This document shows, piece after piece, positions 54,447 to 63,950 of a DNA stretch of 64,000 bases. The stretch's first letter is position 1. Each line of letters begins with the position of its first letter. The stretch is taken from contig CP006914.1 of the NCBI GenBank assembly GCA_000503835.1, positions 529,680-593,679 on the forward strand, given 5' to 3'. A program made the position numbers and the translations under genes. Below the pieces are notes generated by a model that ran no database searches, was not told where the DNA came from, and saw only the letters and a list, made by a program, of their open reading frames with translations. Source of the DNA: a candidate division WWE3 bacterium RAAC2_WWE3_1 (GTDB lineage Bacteria; Patescibacteriota; WWE3; UBA101185; UBA10185).

Positions 54447-56690
54447 ATGAAACAGAACAATAATTTAACCGTCATACTCGAGGGTATATCTAAAGTTATT
54501 CCACTTTACCTACTCCCTTTTCTAGTACCAATTTTTTTCCTGCCGATTACAACTGAGTTCTTCGAACTGAACAAACTCACGTTGATAATCGTAAGCACCA
54601 TACTGCTGTCAATACTCTGGGCAGTAAGACTGATGATGGGTCAAAAAATCGAACTTGCGAAGTCCATCATAGATTTCCCCCTGGTCATATTCACAGGTGT
54701 ATATGCTTTAGCTACGGTCTTTTCCATGAATAAGACCGTAAGTATCTTCGGAAGCCAGGGAAGGTGGCTAGGATTATTCTCGTTGGTAGTCTTCGTAATC
54801 TACTACTACATCGCAACCCCCTTGTACAGAAGTCCCAAAGCTATAAAAACAGCTATATACGCATTCCTGACCGGCACCGGGATTGCGACTTTCGTCTCAC
54901 TCTTAGGCTACTTCAACATTTTTATTTCTTCCGCACCGTACATGAAATTGCAAAATTTCTCTTTTTACGGAGGCACCACACAAACAGCGATGTTCGCATC
55001 CTTATCTATAGTGATGGCTCTCGTTCTTATAGCCTACGAGAGAAATATGTTAATAAAGATAGGTCTTGTAGGGGCAACCATCCTGAGTATCCTTTATGTC
55101 GCATTAACCGGGGCACTAGCCGCGTGGGCTGTACTTGTGGTCGGGATAATCGGAATGGTCTTTTACGTCGATCTTTCTAAAGTATTCAAGGACGGCATTT
55201 ACTATCTTGCCATTCTGGGAACAACTGCTGCAATGGCAGTCGTATTTTTGGTTCCGGCAACACGAAATGTACTCGTAAATCCTAATTTCCCGAAAGAGCT
55301 CGGTCTTCCGGTAAGAGAAAGCTGGGTAGTTGCATCATCGACAATACAAAACTTTCCTCTTCTTGCCACAGGACCTTCGACCTTCCAAACCAACTTCACC
55401 CGTTTCAGACCTATGAGCCTTAACGCAACGGAGTTTTGGAATGTAAGATTTGATATACCTTTCAATGAAATCTTCAACATCATCGCCACGGTCGGTATAT
55501 TAGGTCTGCTCACCGTTATATTTCTGGCTTCGAGAATGATGAAACTTGCGAATCAAACCAAATTCACCGACAGCCGTGAGGGACTTACCGAAGTTTTGAG
55601 TCTTTCTCTTGTAGCCCTGATGTCTTCCTTCCTGTTCACTTATGCTTCCGTAGCATCAACATTCATGTTATTCACACTTCTCGCTTTACTGGTTGCCGCT
55701 CATACGTATATTGACGAACACAGCAGAGTTGCGCAGATCAGTTCTATCGGCGCAAAAGACATTCAAGCAGTTGCTTCTTTAGGAGACAGTTCTGCGATAA
55801 ATAAGGAATACTCTAAGTTTATTTTCGGAGGAGTCATAATCCTCGCTGTAGTATACGGAGGTTACCTCTGGAGCAAGAACTACATGGGAGAGTTCTATAT
55901 GAGAAAAGCTGTTCTGGCCCTTATCAGCAACGACGGAGCAGCTGTGTACGAGAATCAGAGAAAAGCTATTACGGCTAATCCGACAAGAGATTCTTATTAC
56001 AACTCTTTCGCACAAACCGACCTCGCTTTGGCAAATAATATAGCAGGAAAAGAAAACCTTACGGATGCCGAAAAGCAGACGATACAGGGTTTGATCTCCG
56101 AAGCTATAACTACCACCAGGGTCACCACAGAGGCCATAAACCCTCTCAGCGCGGCTAACTGGGAAACCAGAGCATTAATATACAGAAGTATTCTAAATGT
56201 CGCCGACAATGCCTCTGAGTGGGCGGTATCGGCATACAACACAGCCATACAGCTTGACCCCACAAACCCGAGACTGAGACTTGATCTTGGCGGAATGTAC
56301 TACGCTCAAAAGGACTACCTCTCAGCAGCCAATCAGTTCAGACAGGCTTTCTCACTGAAACCCGACTACGCGAATGCCTACTATAACTTTGCGCAGTCTA
56401 TGGTTCAGTTAAATGACCTGCAGAGTGCAAAACAAGCGTTCGAGGTTGCAAAAACTCTCGTTCCTGCCGATTCTGAGGACGCCAAACTTCTGAACAAAGA
56501 GATTGCAGCTATAGACGAAAAGATAAAAGCGGCGGGTACTACCGGGCAGGTTAAACCCACTGTCGAACAAATAACCGCTTCGCAGAATCAGGGTCCCGTA
56601 CAACAAGAACCTCTGGTCAAAGCAGGCGAGGAACAACAGATTGAAGGACAGAATCTTGATTTGGGAACTTTACCAAAACAGGGAGAATAA
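54447..56690 (+). CDS. O-antigen-ligase/polymerase-like polytopic membrane protein with a C-terminal TPR-repeat domain
   Basis: It has about 12 TM helices with a Wzy_C-like central region. The C-terminal ~250 aa contain several 34-aa TPR units (AYNTAIQLDPTNPRLRLDLGGMYYAQKDYLSAANQFRQAFSLKPDYANAYYNFAQSMVQLNDLQSAKQAFEVA). Confidence 0.55.
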   Translation: MKQNNNLTVILEGISKVIPLYLLPFLVPIFFLPITTEFFELNKLTLIIVSTILLSILWAVRLMMGQKIELAKSIIDFPLVIFTGVYALATVFSMNKTVSIFGSQGRWLGLFSLVVFVIYYYIATPLYRSPKAIKTAIYAFLTGTGIATFVSLLGYFNIFISSAPYMKLQNFSFYGGTTQTAMFASLSIVMALVLIAYERNMLIKIGLVGATILSILYVALTGALAAWAVLVVGIIGMVFYVDLSKVFKDGIYYLAILGTTAAMAVVFLVPATRNVLVNPNFPKELGLPVRESWVVASSTIQNFPLLATGPSTFQTNFTRFRPMSLNATEFWNVRFDIPFNEIFNIIATVGILGLLTVIFLASRMMKLANQTKFTDSREGLTEVLSLSLVALMSSFLFTYASVASTFMLFTLLALLVAAHTYIDEHSRVAQISSIGAKDIQAVASLGDSSAINKEYSKFIFGGVIILAVVYGGYLWSKNYMGEFYMRKAVLALISNDGAAVYENQRKAITANPTRDSYYNSFAQTDLALANNIAGKENLTDAEKQTIQGLISEAITTTRVTTEAINPLSAANWETRALIYRSILNVADNASEWAVSAYNTAIQLDPTNPRLRLDLGGMYYAQKDYLSAANQFRQAFSLKPDYANAYYNFAQSMVQLNDLQSAKQAFEVAKTLVPADSEDAKLLNKEIAAIDEKIKAAGTTGQVKPTVEQITASQNQGPVQQEPLVKAGEEQQIEGQNLDLGTLPKQGE

Positions 56691-56721
56691 GACCCCGGAA
56701 TTACAAAGAGATTGAAAAGAA

Positions 56722-56760
56722 GAAACCCCCGCTCGGCGGGGGTTTCTTTATGTGTATTTT
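56722..56760. terminator. Bidirectional rho-independent terminator
   Basis: gAAACCCCCGCtcgGCGGGGGTTTCtttatgtgtatttt. The stem is GC-rich, with an A-run upstream and a T-run downstream. Confidence 0.65.
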
Positions 56761-56780
56761 CTGGTGGACCGTAGCGGAGT
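56756..56780. repeat. 25-nt direct repeat of the tRNA-Ala 3' end plus 5 nt of flank, 150 bp from the tRNA copy
   Basis: ttttctggtggaccgtagcggagt at 56756-56779 is identical to 56906-56929. After position 56779 the sequence diverges (aagag versus cgaac). Confidence 0.7.
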
Positions 56781-56871
56781 AAGAGCTTGCTCACTCACTC
56801 CGTTCGTTGCGCTTCCTCATACATTGCTACACAATGACGAACCACTTCGTAGTTCTTCGTTTTAGATTCAA

Positions 56872-56899
56872 CGAAAAACTATCGGTAGCCTTGGCTACC
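56872..56899 (-). terminator. Hairpin plus T-tract immediately 3' of tRNA-Ala
   Basis: The minus strand reads ..CCA-gaaaaagtagc-GGTAGCC-aa-GGCTACC-gatagtttttcg. Confidence 0.45.
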
Positions 56900-56910
56900 G
56901 CTACTTTTTC

Positions 56911-56986
56911 TGGTGGACCGTAGCGGAGTCGAACCGCTGACCTCTTCCATGCCATGGAAGCGCTCTACCAACTAAGCTAACGGCCC
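56911..56986 (-). tRNA. tRNA-Ala (anticodon GGC)
   Basis: Reverse complement: GGGCCGT-TA-GCTT-AGTTGGTA-GAGC-G-CTTCC-ATGGCAT-GGAAG-AGGTC-AGCGG-TTCGACT-CCGCT-ACGGTCC-A-CCA. The G3:U70 alanine identity pair is present. Confidence 0.85.
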
Positions 56987-57032
56987 AAATTCCAATAATA
57001 AAAGTGCGACAAGACGGAACCTAAGAATTATA

Positions 57033-58178
57033 TCAGATACCTTTAGGAGTCATAGTTTTAACAGTTTCCCGTCCAAAAACCATTCTCTTGTTCGGAAGAT
57101 TCTCTATCGTGAATAATTTTACAGGTTTTTCAGCATTAAACACCGATCTTTTCGGATTTTCCTCAAGAATCTTTTTTATCCTGCCCATCAATTTTTCTAC
57201 TCCCTCCCCCGTTACGCCGGATATGCCTTCGGCACTAATACCGTTCTTTTTAAATTCAGAAAAAATATGGACGGCGTCGTCCTTAGATTCGGTAATGTCC
57301 ATTTTATTTATAACAACCAGTTCGGGCTTGTCCATTAACCCCTTACCGTATACTTCCAGTTCTTTTCTTATTTTCCGGTAATTGGACAGGGCGTTTTCTG
57401 CCGGAGTCAGACCGCCCTCACCTGAGTAGCCTTCCAGGGGATCTATCAAATGTACAAGCACTCTGGTACGCTCTACGTGCCTCAAAAACTCGTCACCCAG
57501 GCCTTTGCCCTCCGAAGCTCCCTCTATTAACCCCGGAATATCGGAAATTATGATGTTTTCACCGTTTTCCAACTCCATGACGCCTAGATTAGGTGAAAGG
57601 GTGGTAAAAGGATAGTTCGCGACCTTGACATTAGCGTGGGTCAATCTATTTAGTAACGTACTTTTACCCGCGTTGGGCAACCCTATTAAACCGACATCAG
57701 CTACGAGTTTTACTTCAAGTTTAATATCTTTTTGTTCACCCAAAGTTCCGGGAGTGTATTGAACAGGAGTCTGATTGGTGGAACTGCGGAACCTGTAATT
57801 TCCCCGGCCGCCAATTCCTCCCCGGGCGATAAGAAATTCCTTTCCGTCATCGTCCATATCAGCAACCAGAACCTCGCGTCCTTCTTTTATCTCATAAACC
57901 AAGGTCCCGAGGGGTACTGAAATTCTGTAATCTTTCCCATCAGCTCCGTACATTTTCAACTTCCCGCCATGACCTCCGTCTTCGCCCGCGTACATCTCTT
58001 TCGTTCTAAAATCCCTGAGAGTAGCCATGTTCCTGTCGGCAACAAAATAAACGCTCCCACCGTCTCCACCGTCACCTCCGTCGGGCCCTCCCTTCGGAGT
58101 ACCTTTTTCCCTGAAAAAAGAGACTTTTCCGTCCCCGCCGTTACCGGCCCTAAGTTTTATTTTCACCAGATCTATCAT
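57033..58178 (-). CDS. obg: GTPase Obg/CgtA
   Basis: The glycine-rich Obg fold (MIDLVKIKLRAGNGGDGKVSFFREKGTPKGGPDGGDGGDGGSVYFV) is followed by the G domain (GLIGLPNAGKSTLLNRLT, DIPGLIEGA, NKMD). Confidence 0.9.
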   Translation of the reverse strand: MIDLVKIKLRAGNGGDGKVSFFREKGTPKGGPDGGDGGDGGSVYFVADRNMATLRDFRTKEMYAGEDGGHGGKLKMYGADGKDYRISVPLGTLVYEIKEGREVLVADMDDDGKEFLIARGGIGGRGNYRFRSSTNQTPVQYTPGTLGEQKDIKLEVKLVADVGLIGLPNAGKSTLLNRLTHANVKVANYPFTTLSPNLGVMELENGENIIISDIPGLIEGASEGKGLGDEFLRHVERTRVLVHLIDPLEGYSGEGGLTPAENALSNYRKIRKELEVYGKGLMDKPELVVINKMDITESKDDAVHIFSEFKKNGISAEGISGVTGEGVEKLMGRIKKILEENPKRSVFNAEKPVKLFTIENLPNKRMVFGRETVKTMTPKGI

Positions 58179-58180
58179 TT

Positions 58181-59410
58181 TTATTGAACGAAGTTGAACG
58201 GGTCCTGAGCGACGCCGTTGTACTTAATCGTAAAGTGAACATGGGGTCCGGTTGATCTTCCCGTGTTTCCCATCAATCCTATAATCTCACCCCGCGAAAC
58301 TTTCTGGCCATAGCTTACATCAATACGACTCATATGACCATAAACTGTCTCGTAACCGTTTCCGTGGTCTATCCTCACGTGCAGCCCCAATCCGAAAGGA
58401 TCCCACCCTGCTCTGACAACTGTTCCTGAGGTACACGCCAGCAACGGAGGCAGGGCAATATTGTGAGGCGTGGCTATGTCCAAACCATCGTGGTACCAGC
58501 TGAAATACTGGGTAATTATCCTGACCGTGGTCGGCCAGACACAAAAGCCTCTGTCGGCAGACGCCGCAGGAGAAATACCCGTCGACGGAGCCCCCGAATA
58601 CACCGAGATTACCGGCACGATCTTGGGAACCTTTCCGCCCGGAATAACCAGCTCAGTACCCAAAGCCAGATTTGAAGTGTCCAATAAATAATTAAAGTCG
58701 GCCACCGCTTGTGCAGGAACATCGTATTTTAACGCAATTGAGGTGAGCGTATCTCCTCTTTCGACTGTGTGGATAAGCCCTGCTACGGGAGGAATTGTTA
58801 TCTCCTGCCCTACCTTGAGTATCGAGTTGTCGGAAAGACTATTAACATATTTTATAGCGTCAACGGATATTTTGAACTTCTGCCCTATGCTATAGAGGGT
58901 ATCTCCCGATTCAATCTTGTATACATACGATTCGGTCCTCTTTCTCTCCTCGGGTACGGTCGTTACGGCCATCTCCCTTTTTGGAATAATATCGCTCGAA
59001 GTGGCAATATAGTCTGCCTTAACCTGAGGACTTGCTATAAAATCATAACTGCTCAAAACCTCACCGATCATAAATACTATCAACGACGCTGTCACCACAG
59101 TTACAAAGGCCAACGGTCTACCGAGTTTCCCCCTGGACCAGATCAATTTTTTGACAACAAAAGATTTTGCCGTTGAGGGTATCTGGAATAGAAAATAGAC
59201 GGCCGCTCCGATCAAAAACAGAAGGTCCACGATCTTGTCCCATAAATACTCTAACAGAGAACGAAAAAACTCCGCCCATATATTTACGAACTGTTCAAAT
59301 TTATTACGTCCTTGTGGCCTAAATCCTTCGAAGCTGAGCTGAAAAAAACGTTTAGACGCCGGGCGTTTGATAGTAAAAACCATAACTACTGGCTCTAACG
59401 ATTTTACCAA
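58181..59410 (-). CDS. Membrane-anchored peptidoglycan hydrolase: two LysM domains and a C-terminal M23 metallopeptidase
   Basis: The LysM domains are YKIESGDTLYSIGQKFKISVDAIKYVNSL and HTVERGDTLTSIALKYDVPAQAVADFNYL. The M23 domain contains HDGLDIA...HVRIDHGNGYETVYGHMSRIDVSYGQKVSRGEIIGLMGNTGRSTGPHVHF (HxxxD and HxH motifs). Confidence 0.8.
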   Translation of the reverse strand: MVKSLEPVVMVFTIKRPASKRFFQLSFEGFRPQGRNKFEQFVNIWAEFFRSLLEYLWDKIVDLLFLIGAAVYFLFQIPSTAKSFVVKKLIWSRGKLGRPLAFVTVVTASLIVFMIGEVLSSYDFIASPQVKADYIATSSDIIPKREMAVTTVPEERKRTESYVYKIESGDTLYSIGQKFKISVDAIKYVNSLSDNSILKVGQEITIPPVAGLIHTVERGDTLTSIALKYDVPAQAVADFNYLLDTSNLALGTELVIPGGKVPKIVPVISVYSGAPSTGISPAASADRGFCVWPTTVRIITQYFSWYHDGLDIATPHNIALPPLLACTSGTVVRAGWDPFGLGLHVRIDHGNGYETVYGHMSRIDVSYGQKVSRGEIIGLMGNTGRSTGPHVHFTIKYNGVAQDPFNFVQ

Positions 59411-59457
59411 TACCGCGATTTAACGGCAAATCCAAAAACCCGGCTATATTTTATGAA

Positions 59458-60819
59458 TTAGGCTCCCGTGTGAAGAGTGTCAAGAAAGTCTTTGTTGGTC
59501 TTTGTTTTCTTGAGTCTGTCTATGACCAGATCCGTGGCGTCTCTTTCATCCAAAAGGTCTACCATTCTTCTTAGTCTGTACACTTTTTCCAATGTGGGAG
59601 CATCGAACAACTGCTCCTCGTGTCTTGTACCACTTGATTTAATGTCTATCGCCGGAAAAATACGCCTCTCGGACAGGCTCCTATCGAGCCTAAGTTCCAT
59701 ATTGCCGGTACCCTTGAACTCTTCGAAAATAACATCGTCCATTCTTGATCCTGTTTCGACCAAGGCCGTAGCTATAATGGTCAAGCTTCCTTTTTCCTCG
59801 AAGTTCCTGGCCGCACCGAAAAAGTGCTTGGCAGGATACAAAGCGGCGGGGTCAAAACCTCCGGTCAAAGTCCTTCCGGAAGGAGGGGCGACCATATTAT
59901 AAGCACGGGCGAGCCTGGTGATGGAGTCCATGAGAATAACAACATCCTTGCCTCTTTCGGCAAGTCTTTTTGCTCTTTCCAAACACAACTCAGAAACACG
60001 CGTCTGCTCCTCCGCTCTTTCATCAAAATTACTGGCATAAACCTCACCTTTTACATTTCGGCTGAAGTGTGTGACCTCTTCAGGGCGTTCCCCGATAAGA
60101 GCGACCATCAGCACTATTTCCGGATGGTTGGTCGTTATACCGTTGGCAATATCCATCAATAGGAAGGTCTTACCGGCCTTGGGAGGAGCAACGAGCATAG
60201 CCCTCTGGCCCTTTCCTATAGGAGCAATCAGGTCGATAAGTCGGGTGGAAATGACATCCTTGGTCGTTTCCAGTTTCATCCAGTCCTTCGGGAAAATAGG
60301 TGTGAGCTCGGTGAACTGAGGTCTTCTTCTTGCGCTCTCGGGTTCTATACCTTCGACCGACTCGATTCTGAGCAAAGAGAGGTACCTCTCCCCTTCTTTG
60401 GGAGGTCTTGCGTATCCTTTTATACTGTCACCTTTTCTCAGGTTAAATCTTTTTATTTGAGAATGACTGATATAAACATCACGCGGCAGGTCCGACTCAA
60501 CCTTTTCTCGTTGTCTTATGACACCGTAGTCGTTTAATATCTCCAGCATCCCTTCTATACCGACCGAATCCCCGTTGGCACCATAATCCTCAGAAGAATT
60601 ATTAGGTTTGTGTTGGTATGAATATAAGGGGGCTGACACAACGGGGGCTTCTTTTGCTCCTTCTTGTCCGACAACAGGAGAGACGCTCTCAACGTTATCC
60701 GTTGCGGGAGCTTTGGAAACAGGCGTTCTCTTTCTGACACCGGAAATGTCCGTGGATTGAACACCATTATTAATCAAATTACTATCTTTACTTGTATCTA
60801 CAGTTTTTCTAATTGGCAT
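59458..60819 (-). CDS. rho: Transcription termination factor Rho with an N-terminal low-complexity extension of about 90 aa
   Basis: The OB/cold-shock region (ISHSQIKRFNLRKGDSIKGYARPPKEGERYLSLLRIESVEG), the P-loop (GQRAMLVAPPKAGKTFLLMDIANGI) and the Q- and R-loop contexts (ILMDSITRLARAYN) are present. The first ~90 aa are Ser/Pro/Val-rich and replace the usual N-terminal helical subdomain. Confidence 0.9.
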   Translation of the reverse strand: MPIRKTVDTSKDSNLINNGVQSTDISGVRKRTPVSKAPATDNVESVSPVVGQEGAKEAPVVSAPLYSYQHKPNNSSEDYGANGDSVGIEGMLEILNDYGVIRQREKVESDLPRDVYISHSQIKRFNLRKGDSIKGYARPPKEGERYLSLLRIESVEGIEPESARRRPQFTELTPIFPKDWMKLETTKDVISTRLIDLIAPIGKGQRAMLVAPPKAGKTFLLMDIANGITTNHPEIVLMVALIGERPEEVTHFSRNVKGEVYASNFDERAEEQTRVSELCLERAKRLAERGKDVVILMDSITRLARAYNMVAPPSGRTLTGGFDPAALYPAKHFFGAARNFEEKGSLTIIATALVETGSRMDDVIFEEFKGTGNMELRLDRSLSERRIFPAIDIKSSGTRHEEQLFDAPTLEKVYRLRRMVDLLDERDATDLVIDRLKKTKTNKDFLDTLHTGA

Positions 60820-60930
60820 ATTTAATTGTTTAAAAATGAAATTTATACATCGGTCTGTTTAAGGCGTTTGCCTAAAGCCGGGAGATAGCCACTGCCCCTT
60901 GCTACCTCCCGACTTTAAGCCTCATCCGAA

Positions 60931-61572
60931 TCAAAAGGAATCGATAAGTTCAGCCTTCACAACGAGTCTTTTATCATATGTCGATCTACCCGGAAGCCAT
61001 ATTCCCCCGCACGTAATTAATGTCAGTTCAGATTTGCCTTCAGTCTCTTTCAACACCTTGAGCCGGTCGGGATCATTGACATCAATTAAAAAAGAATCGA
61101 CGATCTGGTAAGCGTACAGTCTGCCTAAGCTGTCTTCTAAAAGAACTGTATCACCTACTGTGGCGTTTTTCAACTGCCAAAAAGCGGCAGGTCTACCAAG
61201 ATTATCGTCAAAATGTGCGTTGATTATCACGTTACCTTCTTCGCCGGGCTTGGCGCCATTCTTGTACCATCCGGCCTCGTTCCATTTTTTGGGGGTATCT
61301 AAAGTACCGTCAGCCTGCAGTCCCACCTCAACAATATCCGCGTTAATATTCCTCTCTTTTATGGAAATATGGACGGGGGGCATAAAAATAGGCTTCATCA
61401 CCGATTCAAAAACCGATGTCTGCTCCTGCACGGTCTGTTCCACAACGACTTCCTTTTTCATAGTGAAATCACGCAGAAACCCCTTCGTATAGGCAAAGTA
61501 GACGCCGCCGGACAATAAGACCGCCGACAACAAGAAAAATATAAATTTTTTAGCTGCGTTAGGTAAATTCAT
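60931..61572 (-). CDS. Sortase (second copy in the window)
   Basis: An N-terminal TM helix is followed by VIINAHFDD (His), SELTLITCGG (the TLxTC Cys) and a downstream conserved Arg context (DKRLVVKAE). Confidence 0.7.
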   Translation of the reverse strand: MNLPNAAKKFIFFLLSAVLLSGGVYFAYTKGFLRDFTMKKEVVVEQTVQEQTSVFESVMKPIFMPPVHISIKERNINADIVEVGLQADGTLDTPKKWNEAGWYKNGAKPGEEGNVIINAHFDDNLGRPAAFWQLKNATVGDTVLLEDSLGRLYAYQIVDSFLIDVNDPDRLKVLKETEGKSELTLITCGGIWLPGRSTYDKRLVVKAELIDSF

Positions 61573-61732
61573 AATGAAATTATGATGAAAATTTTAGGCA
61601 AGGAACAGAATGGTCGAGTAAAGTAACCCAAACCCAACCATTCTGCCCCCTGCCTAAAGGCAAAGGGCAAACGGGGTACCGTGAAAAGCACAGGCTCTTC
61701 ACGGGAAGATAATTACCTCATTCTATGAGAGG

Positions 61733-62359
61733 TTACTTCTTCCTTCTCAGCAAAGCTCCGACTAGCAAAGATCCGATTCCGGCTATACCGGTCACCGAAA
61801 GAGCTCCGGTCTCGGGCAGCTCTGTAGGCTCACCCTCACCATAACAAACAGTGGCGGTATCGGAACCTTCGAATTCATCGCCCCACTGAACTTTAGCTTT
61901 GTTTACTATACATTTGTCAAAAGTTCCATCTCTGTCAAACTCATCCGCATCAATCCGAGCCTTTATAATAAAGGTTTCGGTCTCACCGGGTTCAAAATCG
62001 TCCCAGGATTCCGTCAGACCTGAGCCGCCTACTCTATCCATTTCTTTAGGTAGAGAATCGCTCATCTTCATGTCGTCAAAATCTATGTCGGCGTCCTCGT
62101 CAGAAAGGTTTTTGATCTTTATTCTAAATTCTACGACATCGTCTTCTTTGACGTCGGTGACTTTAGATTCCCAATCATCGTCGCCTTCTATTCTGACTTT
62201 CTTCTCTATGCTAAACCTTTTATTAATTATGCAGGTTTCGCCTCCGCCGTAATTTGACTCGCAGTCAGCAAGGGCCTTGTCACTTGACAAAAGGAACAAG
62301 CCGGCTACGACAGCTACCAATGCTATTAACTTGTAACCTTTTTCTTTCATATAATTCAA
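61733..62359 (-). CDS. LPXTG-anchored surface protein (sortase substrate), acidic and about 208 aa
   Basis: A signal peptide is followed by an Asp/Glu-rich domain. The C-terminus ELPETGALSVTGIAGIGSLLVGALLRRKK is an LPETG motif, hydrophobic helix and basic tail. It lies immediately upstream of the sortase gene. Confidence 0.7.
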   Translation of the reverse strand: MNYMKEKGYKLIALVAVVAGLFLLSSDKALADCESNYGGGETCIINKRFSIEKKVRIEGDDDWESKVTDVKEDDVVEFRIKIKNLSDEDADIDFDDMKMSDSLPKEMDRVGGSGLTESWDDFEPGETETFIIKARIDADEFDRDGTFDKCIVNKAKVQWGDEFEGSDTATVCYGEGEPTELPETGALSVTGIAGIGSLLVGALLRRKK

Positions 62360-62527
62360 ATAACAAAACCCATACCTACCTTACTACACGAGATAAGTTA
62401 AATATGGCAGTTTTTGTTGGTTTGGCAGGGAACTTAGTACTCATGTGTTGATCACACAGATCAACCATGTCGGTATTTTAGCCCAATCCGACTCTTTTGT
62501 CAACACTATGGGGTTGGACGGTTTGAG

Positions 62528-63544
62528 TCAGTTTTCAAGCCCTTCGGGGTATTTTTTGAACCATCTCGTCAGGTTATTAATCCCCTCCTCAAGGCTCGTG
62601 GAAGGGTTCCAGCCGAGTACGGCCTTCGCCTTGTCGTAATTAGCATAAACCTCCGCATATTCCCCCCGGCGTATCTCCCCGGGGTTGCGGTCAAATTTAT
62701 TTCCCACAGTTTTCTCTACCTGATCTATTATTTCGTAAACTGTAAAACCTTTGCCGGTACCGAGATTGAAAACATCACTTGTCCCGCCCCCTTCAAGATA
62801 CTTCACTGCTCTAAAGTGAGCGTCCACCAAATCTACAACGTCAACATAGTCCCTTACCGGTGTACCGTCGCGGGTGTCAAAATTATCGGCACAGGTTACA
62901 CTAAAAGGTGAAAGGCCCAAGGCGCCCCTTACAGCACTCTGTACAAGATGGACGGGGGGCAAAGAACTGTACCCAACGTCGCAATCTGGGTCGGAACCGA
63001 AAACATTAAAATAACGGAAAATTACGTGCCGCAGTCCGAATAACTCCGAATACCACCTAATAGCTTTCTCAACCATAAGCTTGGATTCACCGTAAGGGTT
63101 GGTGGGATTTTGAGGATGTTTTTCGTCTATCGGCAGGTATCGGGAGTTACCGTAAGTGGCACAGGTCGAGGAAAATATTATGTTTTTTATTCCGGCTATT
63201 CTCATAGCCTCCAAAAGGTTAACGGATCCCATCAGATTGTTAAGAAAGTATTTGTGCGGGTCCTGCATAGATTCACCGACTGACAAAACACCCGCGAAGT
63301 GCATTACAGCAGAAACATTATTCTTGCTAACGGCGTTCAATGTACTTTTCACTTTCTCCCCATCCCTCAGGTCGACTTCGAGCACTTCAAGGTTGCCGTA
63401 TTTTTTAAGGTTCTCTAAAGCCTGTCTCCGTCCGGTTGTAAAATTATCCAAAACACGAACCTTGTAGTTTTCCTTTAGCAATCTCTTAACCGCATGACTC
63501 CCGATGTACCCAGCTCCTCCGGTGACCAGGATTTCACTTTTCAT
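62528..63544 (-). CDS. galE: UDP-glucose 4-epimerase
   Basis: MKSEILVTGGAGYIGSH (the Rossmann GxxGxxG motif) and the YGESK catalytic context (NPYGESKLMVE) are present. The 338-aa length fits. The ORF-track start at 63589 adds 15 non-conserved residues. Confidence 0.85.
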   Translation of the reverse strand: MKSEILVTGGAGYIGSHAVKRLLKENYKVRVLDNFTTGRRQALENLKKYGNLEVLEVDLRDGEKVKSTLNAVSKNNVSAVMHFAGVLSVGESMQDPHKYFLNNLMGSVNLLEAMRIAGIKNIIFSSTCATYGNSRYLPIDEKHPQNPTNPYGESKLMVEKAIRWYSELFGLRHVIFRYFNVFGSDPDCDVGYSSLPPVHLVQSAVRGALGLSPFSVTCADNFDTRDGTPVRDYVDVVDLVDAHFRAVKYLEGGGTSDVFNLGTGKGFTVYEIIDQVEKTVGNKFDRNPGEIRRGEYAEVYANYDKAKAVLGWNPSTSLEEGINNLTRWFKKYPEGLEN

Positions 63545-63950
63545 AATCCTCCCCGTCTCCGGCGGTGTCCTCTTTATACCTGAAAACATATAAAGCGACC
63601 GGAATCAAGATTAAGAGCCCCAGGTACTCCAGAAGCTCGGGTAAAAAGATAAATTTTATACCCGAACTGTCGGTTTTTGCCTCAAACACCCAGCCGTTTG
63701 ACCAGTTATTAACTGTAACATGCCTGGCGTTGCAGGGTTTTAAACCACAAAAAGCGACCCAGCCTTTTTCGTAGGCCTCGTTCAGAACGACCAGCTGCTC
63801 TCCCGTATCCGGCAAAACCTCAGTGTGAAAACTACGCAGATAGTTATAAGGTACAGGAGAAAGCCGGACGGATTCCAGCTGATTTTCTGTATAGTCACTG
63901 CCGAAAACGAGGTTAGAAAAGTTTACCGTATACCCCATTTCCTTACCCAT
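63534..63950 (-). CDS. Hypothetical protein with a C-terminal TM helix; its N-terminus may lie beyond the window edge
   Basis: The 138-aa ORF ends EYLGLLILIPVALYVFRYKEDTAGDGEDYEK. The reading frame appears open upstream to position 64000, so the true start is uncertain. No family was recognised. Confidence 0.35.
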   Translation of the reverse strand: MGKEMGYTVNFSNLVFGSDYTENQLESVRLSPVPYNYLRSFHTEVLPDTGEQLVVLNEAYEKGWVAFCGLKPCNARHVTVNNWSNGWVFEAKTDSSGIKFIFLPELLEYLGLLILIPVALYVFRYKEDTAGDGEDYEK

